From a virus, in IMG/VR virus record IMGVR_UViG_3300008050_007409: 64,000 nucleotides of DNA, one strand, 5' to 3'. This document shows, in pieces, positions 9,815-18,983 of this stretch (its first letter is position 1; each line of letters starts with the position of its first letter). Position numbers and translations under genes: made by a program. Below the pieces are notes generated by a model, which saw only the letters and a list, made by a program, of their open reading frames with translations, was not told where the DNA came from and did no database searches.

Positions 9815-12800
9815 CAGTACTGCCCTGCCCAGTCCTTCCCGAGTACCTCCTCACCCTTGCCGAATTCGGAGGCATGCGCCGCCGCGGGGATCGGATGGTA
9901 GCCGTGGATGTCGCTCTTCCAGCCCTCTCGTACCGCACGCTCCATGGTGTCGTTGAGCTTCTGGAAGTTCAAGCGTGCCATCCAGTCCTCCTGCATGGCC
10001 AGCGGCATCTGCCCGACACCCTTGAGGGTGGGCGTGTATCGCACGTCCTTCTTGGACGGACCGGACACGTCGTTCCAGTGCTTGATCTCACTGATGCGTC
10101 GGAAGTCACCCGGCGACCAGTCCGGGTTGTCCCCAGGGTCGTCGACCTCCGCCAGGTTGGTGATGGCGCGGACGATGACCTCGATGTTGCGGCGCTTCAC
10201 CTTGGCCGCGTTGTTGTGCAGGACGCTCTCGATCTCGTCCGACATCAGGTCCTGCACGTCCTCGACGTCGCGGAGCTCCAGGAGCTTCCGGGGATCGACC
10301 ACGCCATCCGAGAGCGCGTCGCCCTTCCGGACCTCCTGTCCACGGCGCACCATGAGCTCGTGATCACCTCGGACGTAGTGCTTCTTCCCTCCGATCTCCA
10401 CATCCCAGCCGCCCTGGGGAGCTTGCCGGACCGTGGACACCTTCCCGCCCCTCTCAGCCAGCGGGGCCGAGTCCGGGAGGTTCTTGGGCAGCGTCAGGAG
10501 GTTGTTCAGGGTCTGGAAGGTGTTCGCGGAGCGGGCTGACCGGCCCTTGGCGATGCCTCCGGTGTGGAAGGTGTTGAGGCTGAGCTGGACGCTGGGCTCT
10601 CCCACGGCCTGACCGGCGATGACGCCGATGTTGGTGCCGATGTCCGACTCCTTCCCCATCTCGTTGAGGCCCAGGCACTTCTGGCACACCCCGTTCTTGG
10701 CCCGGCACCGGAGGGGAGAGCGGACGGGGAGGTCGGACCTCTTCGACTTGCGGGCAGCGGCGACCACGCTGGGCGTGACCATCGACCCGGCCTTGTGGAC
10801 CTTGCCGTCGAGCTTCACTGAGGTGGAGAGGTAGCGGTCGACCAGGTCCCTGTTGTCCAGGTCCAGCTTGATCCCCGCGGTGGTCCCGCAGTCGCCCTTG
10901 GAGACGACCTGGTCCATCGTGGTGTTGTTGATCCGCTTGGACAGGTAGCCGGGGTCGCGGACGCCCTGCACCTTCTGCACAGCGCCCTTCCGAGCTCCGT
11001 GCATCGTGGTCCAGTAGGAGCCCAGGTCCATGCCCTCCGAGTAGCTCCGGTCGATCATGAACGGGACCACCCGGCTCTTGGCGTCCATCACCAGCGCAGG
11101 GGTGCTGATGATCTGCTTGAGCTGCTCAGGCTTCCCTCGGGATCCGGAGATCACCATCTCGTAGATGTTGGTGGGGTTGTCCCTGAGCGCCAGATCGCTG
11201 AGCCTGTCGATCTCGTCGTCCACCTTCTGCAGGTGAGCGATGGCCTTCGCCTTGCCCTTCTTCTTGTCCTTGGTCGTGGACCGGATCCGGTCGGCCTCGC
11301 GCTGAGCCCCGTCGATCATCTTGTCTCGCTGGGACTTGTTGACCACCTGGAAGTCGTCCAGGCCGATGGAGAAGCCGATCTCGTAGCTGTGGTCGTTGCC
11401 GATGTCCTTGAAGCGGTTGGAGACCTCGGCGTAGAGGTCCGGGTGGTTCTTGGCGATGTCGGCCAGGATGGTCTTGGTCCCACCCTTGTCCATCAGCCGC
11501 ATCTTGCCGACAGGCTTCTTCCCGGTCTCACGCATCTCGGCAGGGAGCACGGCCTCGATCTCCAGACGACCCAGGGTGGTCGGGTCTCCACCCACCTTGA
11601 TCTGGTCTGTGAGCTTGATCTTGCCCTGCATCTTGGCCCGCCGGGCGTCGTGCATGTCCTTGAAGGCGTGGGAGGTCTTCCTGCCCGGCTTGCTCGCCAG
11701 GTACATCCCCAGGAGGGCTTCATGCCCTGGGGTATACATGACGGATCCGTCGGTCGGGTTGAACAGGTTGTTCGAGGGGAACATCTGCGTCGCCTCCCGA
11801 GCCGCCTTGCTGGTGACCGGCAGGTAGACGCTCATGGCGTCGCCGTCGAAGTCGGCGTTGTAGCCGGACGTGACCAGCGGGTGGATCTCCAGGGCGTTGC
11901 CCTTCACGATCCGAGGCTTGAAGGCCATGACGTTGAACTTGTGCAGCGACGGGTCCCGCTTGAGCAGGATCGGCCGGTCCTTCATGACCCGCTCGAGGGT
12001 CTTCTGGGCGGGCACGGACTTCTTGTTGATGGCCTCCCTGGCATCCAGTGGGTTCCAGTTCATCCGGACGAGCTCGCGCTGGACGTAGGGCGCGTAGAGG
12101 CCCCAGGCGATCTTCTCGGGGACGCCCAGCTCGTCGATGCCCTGGTGGGGCTCAGGGATGATGATGGACCGGCCCGAGTAGGCCTGCCGCCTCTTGATCA
12201 GCGTCTTCTGGAAGTAGCCGTTCTTGGACCGCCCCTTGCGGGAGCCGTCCTTGCTCTTGGTCTGCCCGGAGATGATGTCCAGGACACCGCGGTACTCGCG
12301 GGTGAGGCTGGGCCCGTTGCCGTTGAGCGCCGAGAGCGCGTCGTAGACGGCGACCCGGTCCTCGGCCAGGCCGTACGACGGGATCCCAGCCTTCTTGGCG
12401 TCGGTCATGGTCTGGTTGACCGTGCCCAGGTCCTTGTAGAGGTAGTTCAGATCCGTGTTGGAGAGGGAGCCGTCGTCGTTGACCACCGGCGGGCGGAAGA
12501 CGGGGGGCAGGACCGGGACCGCCCGCATCATGTAGATCGAGGGGTCGAGGTTGTTGTCCTCGAGCATCTTGAAGACGCGGAGCCGCTTGTGGACCTTGGA
12601 GCGCGACCCGGCCTTCAGGCGCTTGGCCCGCTCCTCCAGCTCTGCTCGCTCCTTCTTCACGTCGACCTGCTTGAGCATCTCCTCGAAGGCGGCGCCGCCG
12701 ACCTTGCCGTTGACCTTGACCTCCCCGGCCAGGATCTTGCGGTAGCGGGTCTTGTCGATGTCGAGGACCTTCTGGACGGCCTCCTCGAACAGGGGGTTGG

Positions 12801-15800
12801 GGAGGGGCTCCGCGAGCTCGATGTGGCTCCACTTCGTGCCGTTGAGTCCCCCGGTGGTGGCCGGGTCGAAGATCCCTCCCACCTCCGGCTTGATGTCCTT
12901 CCCCATGACGGCGCGGTTGGGCTTCGTGAGCTTGCCCGAGCTCATCTTGCGGACCTGGGCCTCCGTGAAGGGCATCAGGGAGATCTGCGACCCCTCCTTC
13001 ACGGGGTTCACCCGCATGGAGCGGAGGTAGTTCTCGAACTTGTCGTAGGCGAAGGGGACCTTGGCCGGAGGGATCCGCTTGTTGTCCCGGATGGCGTCCC
13101 AGAGCGCGTCGTTGCGCGTGCTCTTGTAGGCGTACATCTCGTGGAGGTTGTCGCGGGCGCCGTGGGCCAGCATGGCGTAGAGCCCCAGCTCGCCCAGGGA
13201 CTGACCGCCGTGCGGAGCTCCTCCTGTCGGGGCGTGGTGCACGTCCCACCCAGCTCCGGGGTCTCCGGACCTGACGGCGATCTTCTTGCCCGCCTGGTGC
13301 TTGAGCTTCACGATGTACTGGCGGCCGGTCAGCACGTCCTGATCGAAGGGCTTCCCCGTCTTGGGGTTGATCAAGGACTCCTTGTCCGTGAGCCCCAGGG
13401 CTGCCAGGTCCTTCTTGACCATGGCGAGGTAGTCGGTGTCGCCGTCGAAGTTCCTGACCCGGTAGGTCTCGCCGGTCTTCTCTGCGACCTTGCCGGCCGC
13501 GGTCTCCAGGACCTGACCCAGGTTGATGCGCCCAGGCACGCCCAGAGGGTTCAGGGCGATCTCGACGTGCTTGTTCTCGCCGTCCTCGTCCATGAACGGC
13601 ATCTCCGCATCCGGGACGATGCGGGTGATCACGCCCTTGTTTCCGTGTCGGCCGACGAGCTTGTCTCCGATCTGCGCAGGCTCCTCGGTCTTCACGTAGA
13701 CCATGATGCTGCCGTCGCTGCGGCGCACCACGTCGCTGACCACTCCGGGGTAGGGCTTGTCCCAGGTCATCGAGCGGTTCCGGAACTTCCTGCTCCGCCC
13801 GCGCCGGAACTCTCGGATGTCCTTGAGCTGCTGGCTGGGCGTCGGCGGCTTGAGCACCAGTACCAGCGGGTCACCCTCGACGACCTTGGAACCGATCTTG
13901 ATCCGTCCATCGTCGTCGATGCTGGCCAGCTGATCCTTGTCGAAGTCGCTGGGGTACTGAGACAAGAACTTCTTCCGCTCGGTGATCGCCAGCTTGTCCA
14001 GGCGTGCCTGGTTCGGGTGCACGTGGAGCGAGGTCAGCTTCTTCGCCGCCGTCTCGCTGATGACGATCCCATCCTCGAAGTTGTAGCCCTGGAACGGGAT
14101 GTAGGCGGCCCGGAGGTTGGTGCCCAGGGCCAGGGTACCGTCCTTGGTGAAGGTGGAGTCGACGAGGAGGTCCCCCTCCGCGACCTTGTCTCCGGCCTTG
14201 ACCTTGACCTCGGAGTCGTAGAGCGAGCCGCCCGGCAGGGCGAAGTCCCGGTAAAACTGGACCTCGTGCTTCTTCCCCTTGCGGTCCTTGATGATCACCG
14301 CGTCCTTCCGGACCTGGTCGACGGTGCCTGCGATCGGTGCCTTCCGCGCCGAGTACTCTCCGAAGATCTCCTCGAACGACTGGTCGCCGTCTGTCTGCAC
14401 CTGGACCAGGGGAGCCTCCCGCTCCTTCAGAGGCACGGCCTGCTCCGCCTGCTTGGCGGCAGTCATGGCCCGGTTGCCCTGGTTGTTCTGCAGGAAGGGC
14501 ACCAGGTTCGAGCTCACCCCGAACACAGCCCGCGGGCTGGGGAGGATGTAGTCGACCTCCTTGGGGCTCACGTAGGTGATCTCCCCATCCCGGAGTGCCT
14601 TGACCCGCTTCCCACGAGCCTTGCGCCCCTTGTACTGGTCCGGGAAGGAGATCACCTTTCCAGCGGTGTCCGCCGGCGACAGCTTCTCGGTCCTGCCGGT
14701 CCTGGCGTTCTTGAAGCGGGAGACGACGGTGTCGCCCTTCTTCTCCGTGCCGAGGGCCAGGGACAGGGTGATGCCCGTCTTGTCGCCCTCCGGCGTCCTC
14801 ACGGGGTCCAGGAAGCCGAACTGGCTGGCGTTCAGGAGCTTGGCCTCGTCCAGGACGGCGAAGGGGTTGGCGATGCCTCCCTGCTCTCCTAGGATGGTCG
14901 TGGCGGTCTGCCCGGCCAGCATCCCGAGCGGGTTGGTCTGGTCCGGCTCGTTGGCGAGGCTCTGGCTGAAGAACTTCTTGATCGACGGCGTGACGGTCCC
15001 GGAGGGGACCACCTTCTTCAGATTGCGCCGCTTGTCGATGTTCCACCGGATCTTCCGCTGGATGGTCGAGGCGTCCCTCCGGATGCGTCCTGAGATCAGG
15101 TCCTCAGCCGCGTTGACCGACTGGAATTCCATCGAGGACTTGTTGTCCGGCTCGCGGTCGCCGCGGGAGATGGACAGGAGCTGCTTCGAGGATTCGATCA
15201 GCGTGTCACCGTCCACGCTCTTGAAGCCCTTGCCCAGGGTCCGCTTGGTGGTCTGCTGGTCGACTTCCGTGCGGGCCAGGTGCTCGGCGAACAGGCCGGC
15301 GTGCTCGGCGGGGTTCTCCGGCAGAGATCCGTGCACGGCCTTGTAGAACTTGCCGTAGACCCGCTCGGGCTTGGAGTAGCGCTTGTTGCGCTCGAGCAGC
15401 TTCTTCCCCCAGGCGCGCTCCAGGGCATCGTCGGAGACGCCCGCCGACTTGAGCAGGGGGTAGGCCGCCATCTTCGAGGTGCCGACGTGCACCAGGAACA
15501 GCGCTCGCTTCGGATCAAACTCCATCTTGAAGGAGCGGCCGCGCCTCCCCTCCTGTCCGGTGAGGGCCTCGTGGTTCCCGAGGTTGAACTCCGCGTAGAG
15601 CTTGTCGTCTCGGCTCCTCCGGTGGTAGACGCCGGGCCGGAGACGGAGCTGGTTGAAGATCTGGTACTCGCTGCCCTTGTGGATGTAGCCGAATCGGTCT
15701 GTAGTCCGGGGGAGGTGCCCGACGATCACCTTCTTCCTGTCGATCTCCTTCATGTCGCCGTCACGGCCCTTCCGCATCAGGGACATGTCCGCGTAGATCG

Positions 15801-15996
15801 GCACCTGCCAGGACTTCCCGCTTCGGATGGCCTTCTGCTGGTCCCGCAGGTCGGAGGCACTCTTGGTGTCCCTCACCTCGACGGAGTGGACCACCAGCTT
15901 GGAGTTCTTGGTCTCAACCTGGAGCGCCTCCTCGACAGCCTCCGAGACCTTCGCGGAGAGCGCCTCGAACTGCTGATCCGGATTGAGGTGGGGCAT
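9814..15996 (-). CDS. DNA-directed RNA polymerase, beta and beta' fused in one 2060-aa polypeptide
   Basis: Beta motifs: DQTNPL, RTPEG, GYNFEDGI, GDKLVGRHGNKGVI, NPLGVPGRINLGQ, GGQSLGE. Beta' motifs: YSGRSII, KRDPSLH, YNADFDGD, SGSRG, GARKG..DPGYL, GEPSVQL..TFHTGG. No internal stop. Confidence 0.96.
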   Translation of the reverse strand: MPHLNPDQQFEALSAKVSEAVEEALQVETKNSKLVVHSVEVRDTKSASDLRDQQKAIRSGKSWQVPIYADMSLMRKGRDGDMKEIDRKKVIVGHLPRTTDRFGYIHKGSEYQIFNQLRLRPGVYHRRSRDDKLYAEFNLGNHEALTGQEGRRGRSFKMEFDPKRALFLVHVGTSKMAAYPLLKSAGVSDDALERAWGKKLLERNKRYSKPERVYGKFYKAVHGSLPENPAEHAGLFAEHLARTEVDQQTTKRTLGKGFKSVDGDTLIESSKQLLSISRGDREPDNKSSMEFQSVNAAEDLISGRIRRDASTIQRKIRWNIDKRRNLKKVVPSGTVTPSIKKFFSQSLANEPDQTNPLGMLAGQTATTILGEQGGIANPFAVLDEAKLLNASQFGFLDPVRTPEGDKTGITLSLALGTEKKGDTVVSRFKNARTGRTEKLSPADTAGKVISFPDQYKGRKARGKRVKALRDGEITYVSPKEVDYILPSPRAVFGVSSNLVPFLQNNQGNRAMTAAKQAEQAVPLKEREAPLVQVQTDGDQSFEEIFGEYSARKAPIAGTVDQVRKDAVIIKDRKGKKHEVQFYRDFALPGGSLYDSEVKVKAGDKVAEGDLLVDSTFTKDGTLALGTNLRAAYIPFQGYNFEDGIVISETAAKKLTSLHVHPNQARLDKLAITERKKFLSQYPSDFDKDQLASIDDDGRIKIGSKVVEGDPLVLVLKPPTPSQQLKDIREFRRGRSRKFRNRSMTWDKPYPGVVSDVVRRSDGSIMVYVKTEEPAQIGDKLVGRHGNKGVITRIVPDAEMPFMDEDGENKHVEIALNPLGVPGRINLGQVLETAAGKVAEKTGETYRVRNFDGDTDYLAMVKKDLAALGLTDKESLINPKTGKPFDQDVLTGRQYIVKLKHQAGKKIAVRSGDPGAGWDVHHAPTGGAPHGGQSLGELGLYAMLAHGARDNLHEMYAYKSTRNDALWDAIRDNKRIPPAKVPFAYDKFENYLRSMRVNPVKEGSQISLMPFTEAQVRKMSSGKLTKPNRAVMGKDIKPEVGGIFDPATTGGLNGTKWSHIELAEPLPNPLFEEAVQKVLDIDKTRYRKILAGEVKVNGKVGGAAFEEMLKQVDVKKERAELEERAKRLKAGSRSKVHKRLRVFKMLEDNNLDPSIYMMRAVPVLPPVFRPPVVNDDGSLSNTDLNYLYKDLGTVNQTMTDAKKAGIPSYGLAEDRVAVYDALSALNGNGPSLTREYRGVLDIISGQTKSKDGSRKGRSKNGYFQKTLIKRRQAYSGRSIIIPEPHQGIDELGVPEKIAWGLYAPYVQRELVRMNWNPLDAREAINKKSVPAQKTLERVMKDRPILLKRDPSLHKFNVMAFKPRIVKGNALEIHPLVTSGYNADFDGDAMSVYLPVTSKAAREATQMFPSNNLFNPTDGSVMYTPGHEALLGMYLASKPGRKTSHAFKDMHDARRAKMQGKIKLTDQIKVGGDPTTLGRLEIEAVLPAEMRETGKKPVGKMRLMDKGGTKTILADIAKNHPDLYAEVSNRFKDIGNDHSYEIGFSIGLDDFQVVNKSQRDKMIDGAQREADRIRSTTKDKKKGKAKAIAHLQKVDDEIDRLSDLALRDNPTNIYEMVISGSRGKPEQLKQIISTPALVMDAKSRVVPFMIDRSYSEGMDLGSYWTTMHGARKGAVQKVQGVRDPGYLSKRINNTTMDQVVSKGDCGTTAGIKLDLDNRDLVDRYLSTSVKLDGKVHKAGSMVTPSVVAAARKSKRSDLPVRSPLRCRAKNGVCQKCLGLNEMGKESDIGTNIGVIAGQAVGEPSVQLSLNTFHTGGIAKGRSARSANTFQTLNNLLTLPKNLPDSAPLAERGGKVSTVRQAPQGGWDVEIGGKKHYVRGDHELMVRRGQEVRKGDALSDGVVDPRKLLELRDVEDVQDLMSDEIESVLHNNAAKVKRRNIEVIVRAITNLAEVDDPGDNPDWSPGDFRRISEIKHWNDVSGPSKKDVRYTPTLKGVGQMPLAMQEDWMARLNFQKLNDTMERAVREGWKSDIHGYHPIPAAAHASEFGKGEEVLGKDWAGQY

Positions 15997-16028
15997 GTTG
16001 ATCCAGAGAAGAGGGTGCCGTCATTCTG

Positions 16029-16037
16029 GCATAAGAG
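16029..16037 (+). promoter_or_regulatory. Candidate phage promoter element GCATAAGAG
   Basis: AT-rich word at a divergent junction, also found at 21479 and 37470. Confidence 0.4.
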
Positions 16038-16066
16038 CCATGAAAGTAACCTGGAGGAAGAAGCCT

Positions 16067-16198
16067 ATGGGCAAGGACAAGGACCCCCGCGAGGAGTCCA
16101 AGAAGCGTTTCGGCAAGCTCAACGACCGGATCACCAAGAACCTGTACCCCGACAAGGACGACAGGGACAAGGACGACAAGGACAAGGGCGGCCGATGA
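16067..16198 (+). CDS. Small highly charged protein (43 aa)
   Basis: GGAGG RBS upstream of ATG 16067; reads MGKDKDPREESKKRF...; typical codon usage. Confidence 0.6.
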   Translation: MGKDKDPREESKKRFGKLNDRITKNLYPDKDDRDKDDKDKGGR

Positions 16199-16257
16199 TC
16201 TACTGCTTCATGTGGGGCGTCGCCGTCGGCGTCGCTTTCGGCATCGCCGACAGCTGA
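16195..16257 (+). CDS. Putative 20-aa hydrophobic peptide
   Basis: ATGA overlap with the previous ORF; reads MIYCFMWGVAVGVAFGIADS. Confidence 0.4.
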   Translation: MIYCFMWGVAVGVAFGIADS

Positions 16258-18177
16258 TCAGATCCCCGCGCCACCTGCGCGACGTGGAGGACGCTGCTCT
16301 GGGAGCGGCTGCTGCTCCAAGGCGGTCATGACCGCCATCTTCTGCTGGACCAGCTCAGAGAGCCTCGGGCTCTGCTGCGCCATGTTCTGCAGGTAGCCGG
16401 CCCTCTCCTGGTCCGGCATCCGCGAAAGCCTCTTCGCGAGGGCCTCAGCGTAATCGATGAGGTTGACCCCGCCGCCCTGAGGCGGCTGACCGGCTGCGGG
16501 GTTTCCTTCGGGTGTAGGTCCGGGCTGCGCGGCCATCCCCTGCGGGTGCTGCATGCCAGGCATGCCACCCTTCTCCTGCATCTTCTTCTGGGCCTCCTGC
16601 ATCTTCTTCTGGGCTTCGATCTGGTACTTGGTCTGGATCTGCTGCATCTCGCCCTGGATCTCAGCCTTGTAGAGCGAGTCGAGCTTGGCCACCTCGAGGT
16701 TGCGCCTGAGCTCCGTCTCGATGAGCCTCGTCTCGTCCAGGGCGTCCTTGTCGAACTCGGACAGCAGGGTCTTGTCGCTGATCTTCTTGAGCTGGTTGAG
16801 GCTCATGAGCAGCTGCTTGGACTGGAGGTCATCCGCCATCTTGAAGGCCTTCATGTGGGCCTTGGGCTGCTTCCAGGACATGAAGCGGGCGATGTTGGGC
16901 AGCAGGAAGTGGTTGAGGAAGCGGTGGTGCTCCTCCCGGTAGTTCAGGAACCGGTTCTCCAGCATCCGGAGGGTCACGCTCGACCCGGTCCAGCTCATGC
17001 CTCCGAAGACGAACTCCTGCGGAGCTCCCATGCCGGTGATGATGTGCTCAGACCAGACCCGGATCTCCTGGGTCGGCATGAGGGACCGGCCGTCGCCGCC
17101 GATGCGAGTGTGCCCGATGGGCAGCGGCATGATCGGCTTGTAGTTCGGGTCCTGCCGCCAGCGCTTCAGCTCCACCTCGACCCGACGCTTCCAGTCGGAC
17201 AGGTTGACCATCGTGTACGGGCTGGCGTTCGGATCCTGTGTCGAGGGGAACAGAACGTCGAGCGGGACCAGGTGCTCGAGCATGACGGCCTCGTTGGCCT
17301 TCTTGAGCACCTGCAGGTAGAAGCTGTCCTTCAAGGCCGGCAGGATCGGCGGGTAGGCCCAACCGGAGTCGTTGTCCTGCACCGAGGGCGTCGGCGCCTT
17401 GAAGTGGTAGAGGTTCCGCTCGACGAGCTCGATCGGGCGGCGAGTCTTCATCGCCTTGATGAAGGAGTCCGGCATCTCCTCGAGGTAGTGCCGGTGCTTG
17501 GTCAGAACCCGCTTCCTGATCCGCGCCGGGATGTTGTAGTAGTACCGGGTCCGCTGGGTGATCGGGTTGAAGTCGATGTCGACGTCAGACGGGTTCCACC
17601 GCAGGAGCTTGATGTCCCGGTAGGAGTGGTACCACTTGTCGTCGACCTTGGCGGGGCCGTTGTGGAAGCACGTCGGGCAGTTCAGCGTGTACTTCCAGCT
17701 GGAGAAGTCCCACTGGACCTTGAACTTCAGCCTCTTGATCCGCTTGCTGAATCCGCAGTTCCTGCACGTCAGGTACTTGTGGAACGGGTAGACGATCGAC
17801 ACCAGGCAGTTGCCGTAGGCGTGGTAGTCGAGGCCGGCCTCGACCTGGAAGCGGTGGATGTCCAGGACGTTGTAGAGGAGGTCCTCCCACCGCTTCTTCT
17901 GGTGATCGAAGCCCTCTCGCTCGTCGTAGTCGAGGATCACCCGCGTGATCGGGTACTCCGCCATCTTGCGGATCACCGCACTGATCAGCGGGTTGGCCAG
18001 GGCGTGGTAGCGGCACCACCGGAACAGGTGCTTGACCGTGCTCGGCAGGTCCATGTGCGCCACGTCCCACCAGGGGGACGGGTAGCGGAAGTTGGACGTG
18101 CGCCCGTCCAAGTTCCCATGCTTGTAGCCTGAGAACCTGAAAGAGCTGCCTGGTCCGAACGTGCCGCCGAGAGCCAT
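16258..18177 (-). CDS. Portal protein with zinc-ribbon insertion
   Basis: 639 aa with portal-like segments (NPLISAVIRKMAEYP; IITGMGAPQEFVFGG..WTGSSV), a CRNC...CPTC insertion and a Q/P/G-rich C-terminus. Confidence 0.75.
   Translation of the reverse strand: MALGGTFGPGSSFRFSGYKHGNLDGRTSNFRYPSPWWDVAHMDLPSTVKHLFRWCRYHALANPLISAVIRKMAEYPITRVILDYDEREGFDHQKKRWEDLLYNVLDIHRFQVEAGLDYHAYGNCLVSIVYPFHKYLTCRNCGFSKRIKRLKFKVQWDFSSWKYTLNCPTCFHNGPAKVDDKWYHSYRDIKLLRWNPSDVDIDFNPITQRTRYYYNIPARIRKRVLTKHRHYLEEMPDSFIKAMKTRRPIELVERNLYHFKAPTPSVQDNDSGWAYPPILPALKDSFYLQVLKKANEAVMLEHLVPLDVLFPSTQDPNASPYTMVNLSDWKRRVEVELKRWRQDPNYKPIMPLPIGHTRIGGDGRSLMPTQEIRVWSEHIITGMGAPQEFVFGGMSWTGSSVTLRMLENRFLNYREEHHRFLNHFLLPNIARFMSWKQPKAHMKAFKMADDLQSKQLLMSLNQLKKISDKTLLSEFDKDALDETRLIETELRRNLEVAKLDSLYKAEIQGEMQQIQTKYQIEAQKKMQEAQKKMQEKGGMPGMQHPQGMAAQPGPTPEGNPAAGQPPQGGGVNLIDYAEALAKRLSRMPDQERAGYLQNMAQQSPRLSELVQQKMAVMTALEQQPLPEQRPPRRAGGAGI
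16573..16614. repeat. 21-bp tandem duplication within the portal gene (AQKKMQE x2)
   Basis: ctcctgcatcttcttctgggc repeated twice. Confidence 0.8.
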
Positions 18178-18183
18178 GAACGT

Positions 18184-18981
18184 CTACCCCTGCACCCTAC
18201 GGGCTGTGATCTTGGTGGAGGGTGTCTTCTTGGACTTGCCTCGGATCTTCTTCTTCTGATCCTGCATCTTCTTGATGGCGTAGACGCTCCCCGCGGGGAT
18301 GGCAGCGTAGGTGCCGAAGGCGAGTCCGGTGCGGCCCAGGTACTTGGGGATGCGCTTCATCCCGGCCTTCCGGGCAACCATGCGAGCTCCTCGAGCTGTC
18401 GCCCGAGCCTCCTCTGCCACCATTGGCGCCTGACTGGCTGCGGAGATCCCGGTGATCGCCTGCCCCTCTCGGATCGCCTTGAGACGCTCCTCCTTGGACA
18501 TGTTCCCCTTGTCGCGGGTAGCTCTGTGGATCCCCACACCAGTCCCGAGTAGGGAGGGGATCATCATCAGCTTGCTCGCCTGGTAGGCGCGGGTGTTGTG
18601 CATGACCTTGTTCCCCGTCGCGTGCCCAGCTTCATGGGCCAGGGCGTCGAGGCTCATGTTCTTGGGGCCGATGACGGAGTTGGGCTTCAGTCCCATCCGC
18701 TTGAGCTGTTCGGCCTGGGAAGTGGTCAGGTTCTTCCGCTTCGTGATGTAGGCCGGAGAGCCGTACTCGCCGCGCTCTACGCCCTTGGCCTTCAGCTTGG
18801 CCTCGATGGCGTCGATGGCCTTCTGGTCCTTCTCGGTGGACCTTCCCAGAGCTTTCAGGGCTGCCACGCCGACGCCCGTCTGTCCGAGGAGGGACAGGAG
18901 GGGGATCTTCGCTGGATGGCTCAGAGAATCGTCAGCGGCGATCTTGGCCAGCTCCAGACCGAAGTAGTCCAGAACGTCCAT
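18184..18981 (-). CDS. HEXXH zinc metallopeptidase-like protein with FxxExxKxA leader
   Basis: Leader YFGLELAKIAA; LAHEAGHA followed by VAEEARA; several hydrophobic segments. Confidence 0.72.
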   Translation of the reverse strand: MDVLDYFGLELAKIAADDSLSHPAKIPLLSLLGQTGVGVAALKALGRSTEKDQKAIDAIEAKLKAKGVERGEYGSPAYITKRKNLTTSQAEQLKRMGLKPNSVIGPKNMSLDALAHEAGHATGNKVMHNTRAYQASKLMMIPSLLGTGVGIHRATRDKGNMSKEERLKAIREGQAITGISAASQAPMVAEEARATARGARMVARKAGMKRIPKYLGRTGLAFGTYAAIPAGSVYAIKKMQDQKKKIRGKSKKTPSTKITARRVQG

Positions 18982-18983
18982 GA

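Noticed and set aside
10999-14892. Very long plus-strand ORF (1297 aa) and similar ones (3882-6332, 16546-18132, 30779-33244, 37569-39200)
   Set aside because: These are antisense shadows of strongly biased high-GC genes. Composition is dominated by V/L/D/G/H, with no motifs, and each fully overlaps a recognisable gene.
9814-15996. Cellular rpoB-rpoC locus
   Set aside because: No ribosomal-protein, nusG or other housekeeping neighbours; flanked by portal and spike genes; shorter and more divergent than cellular subunits.
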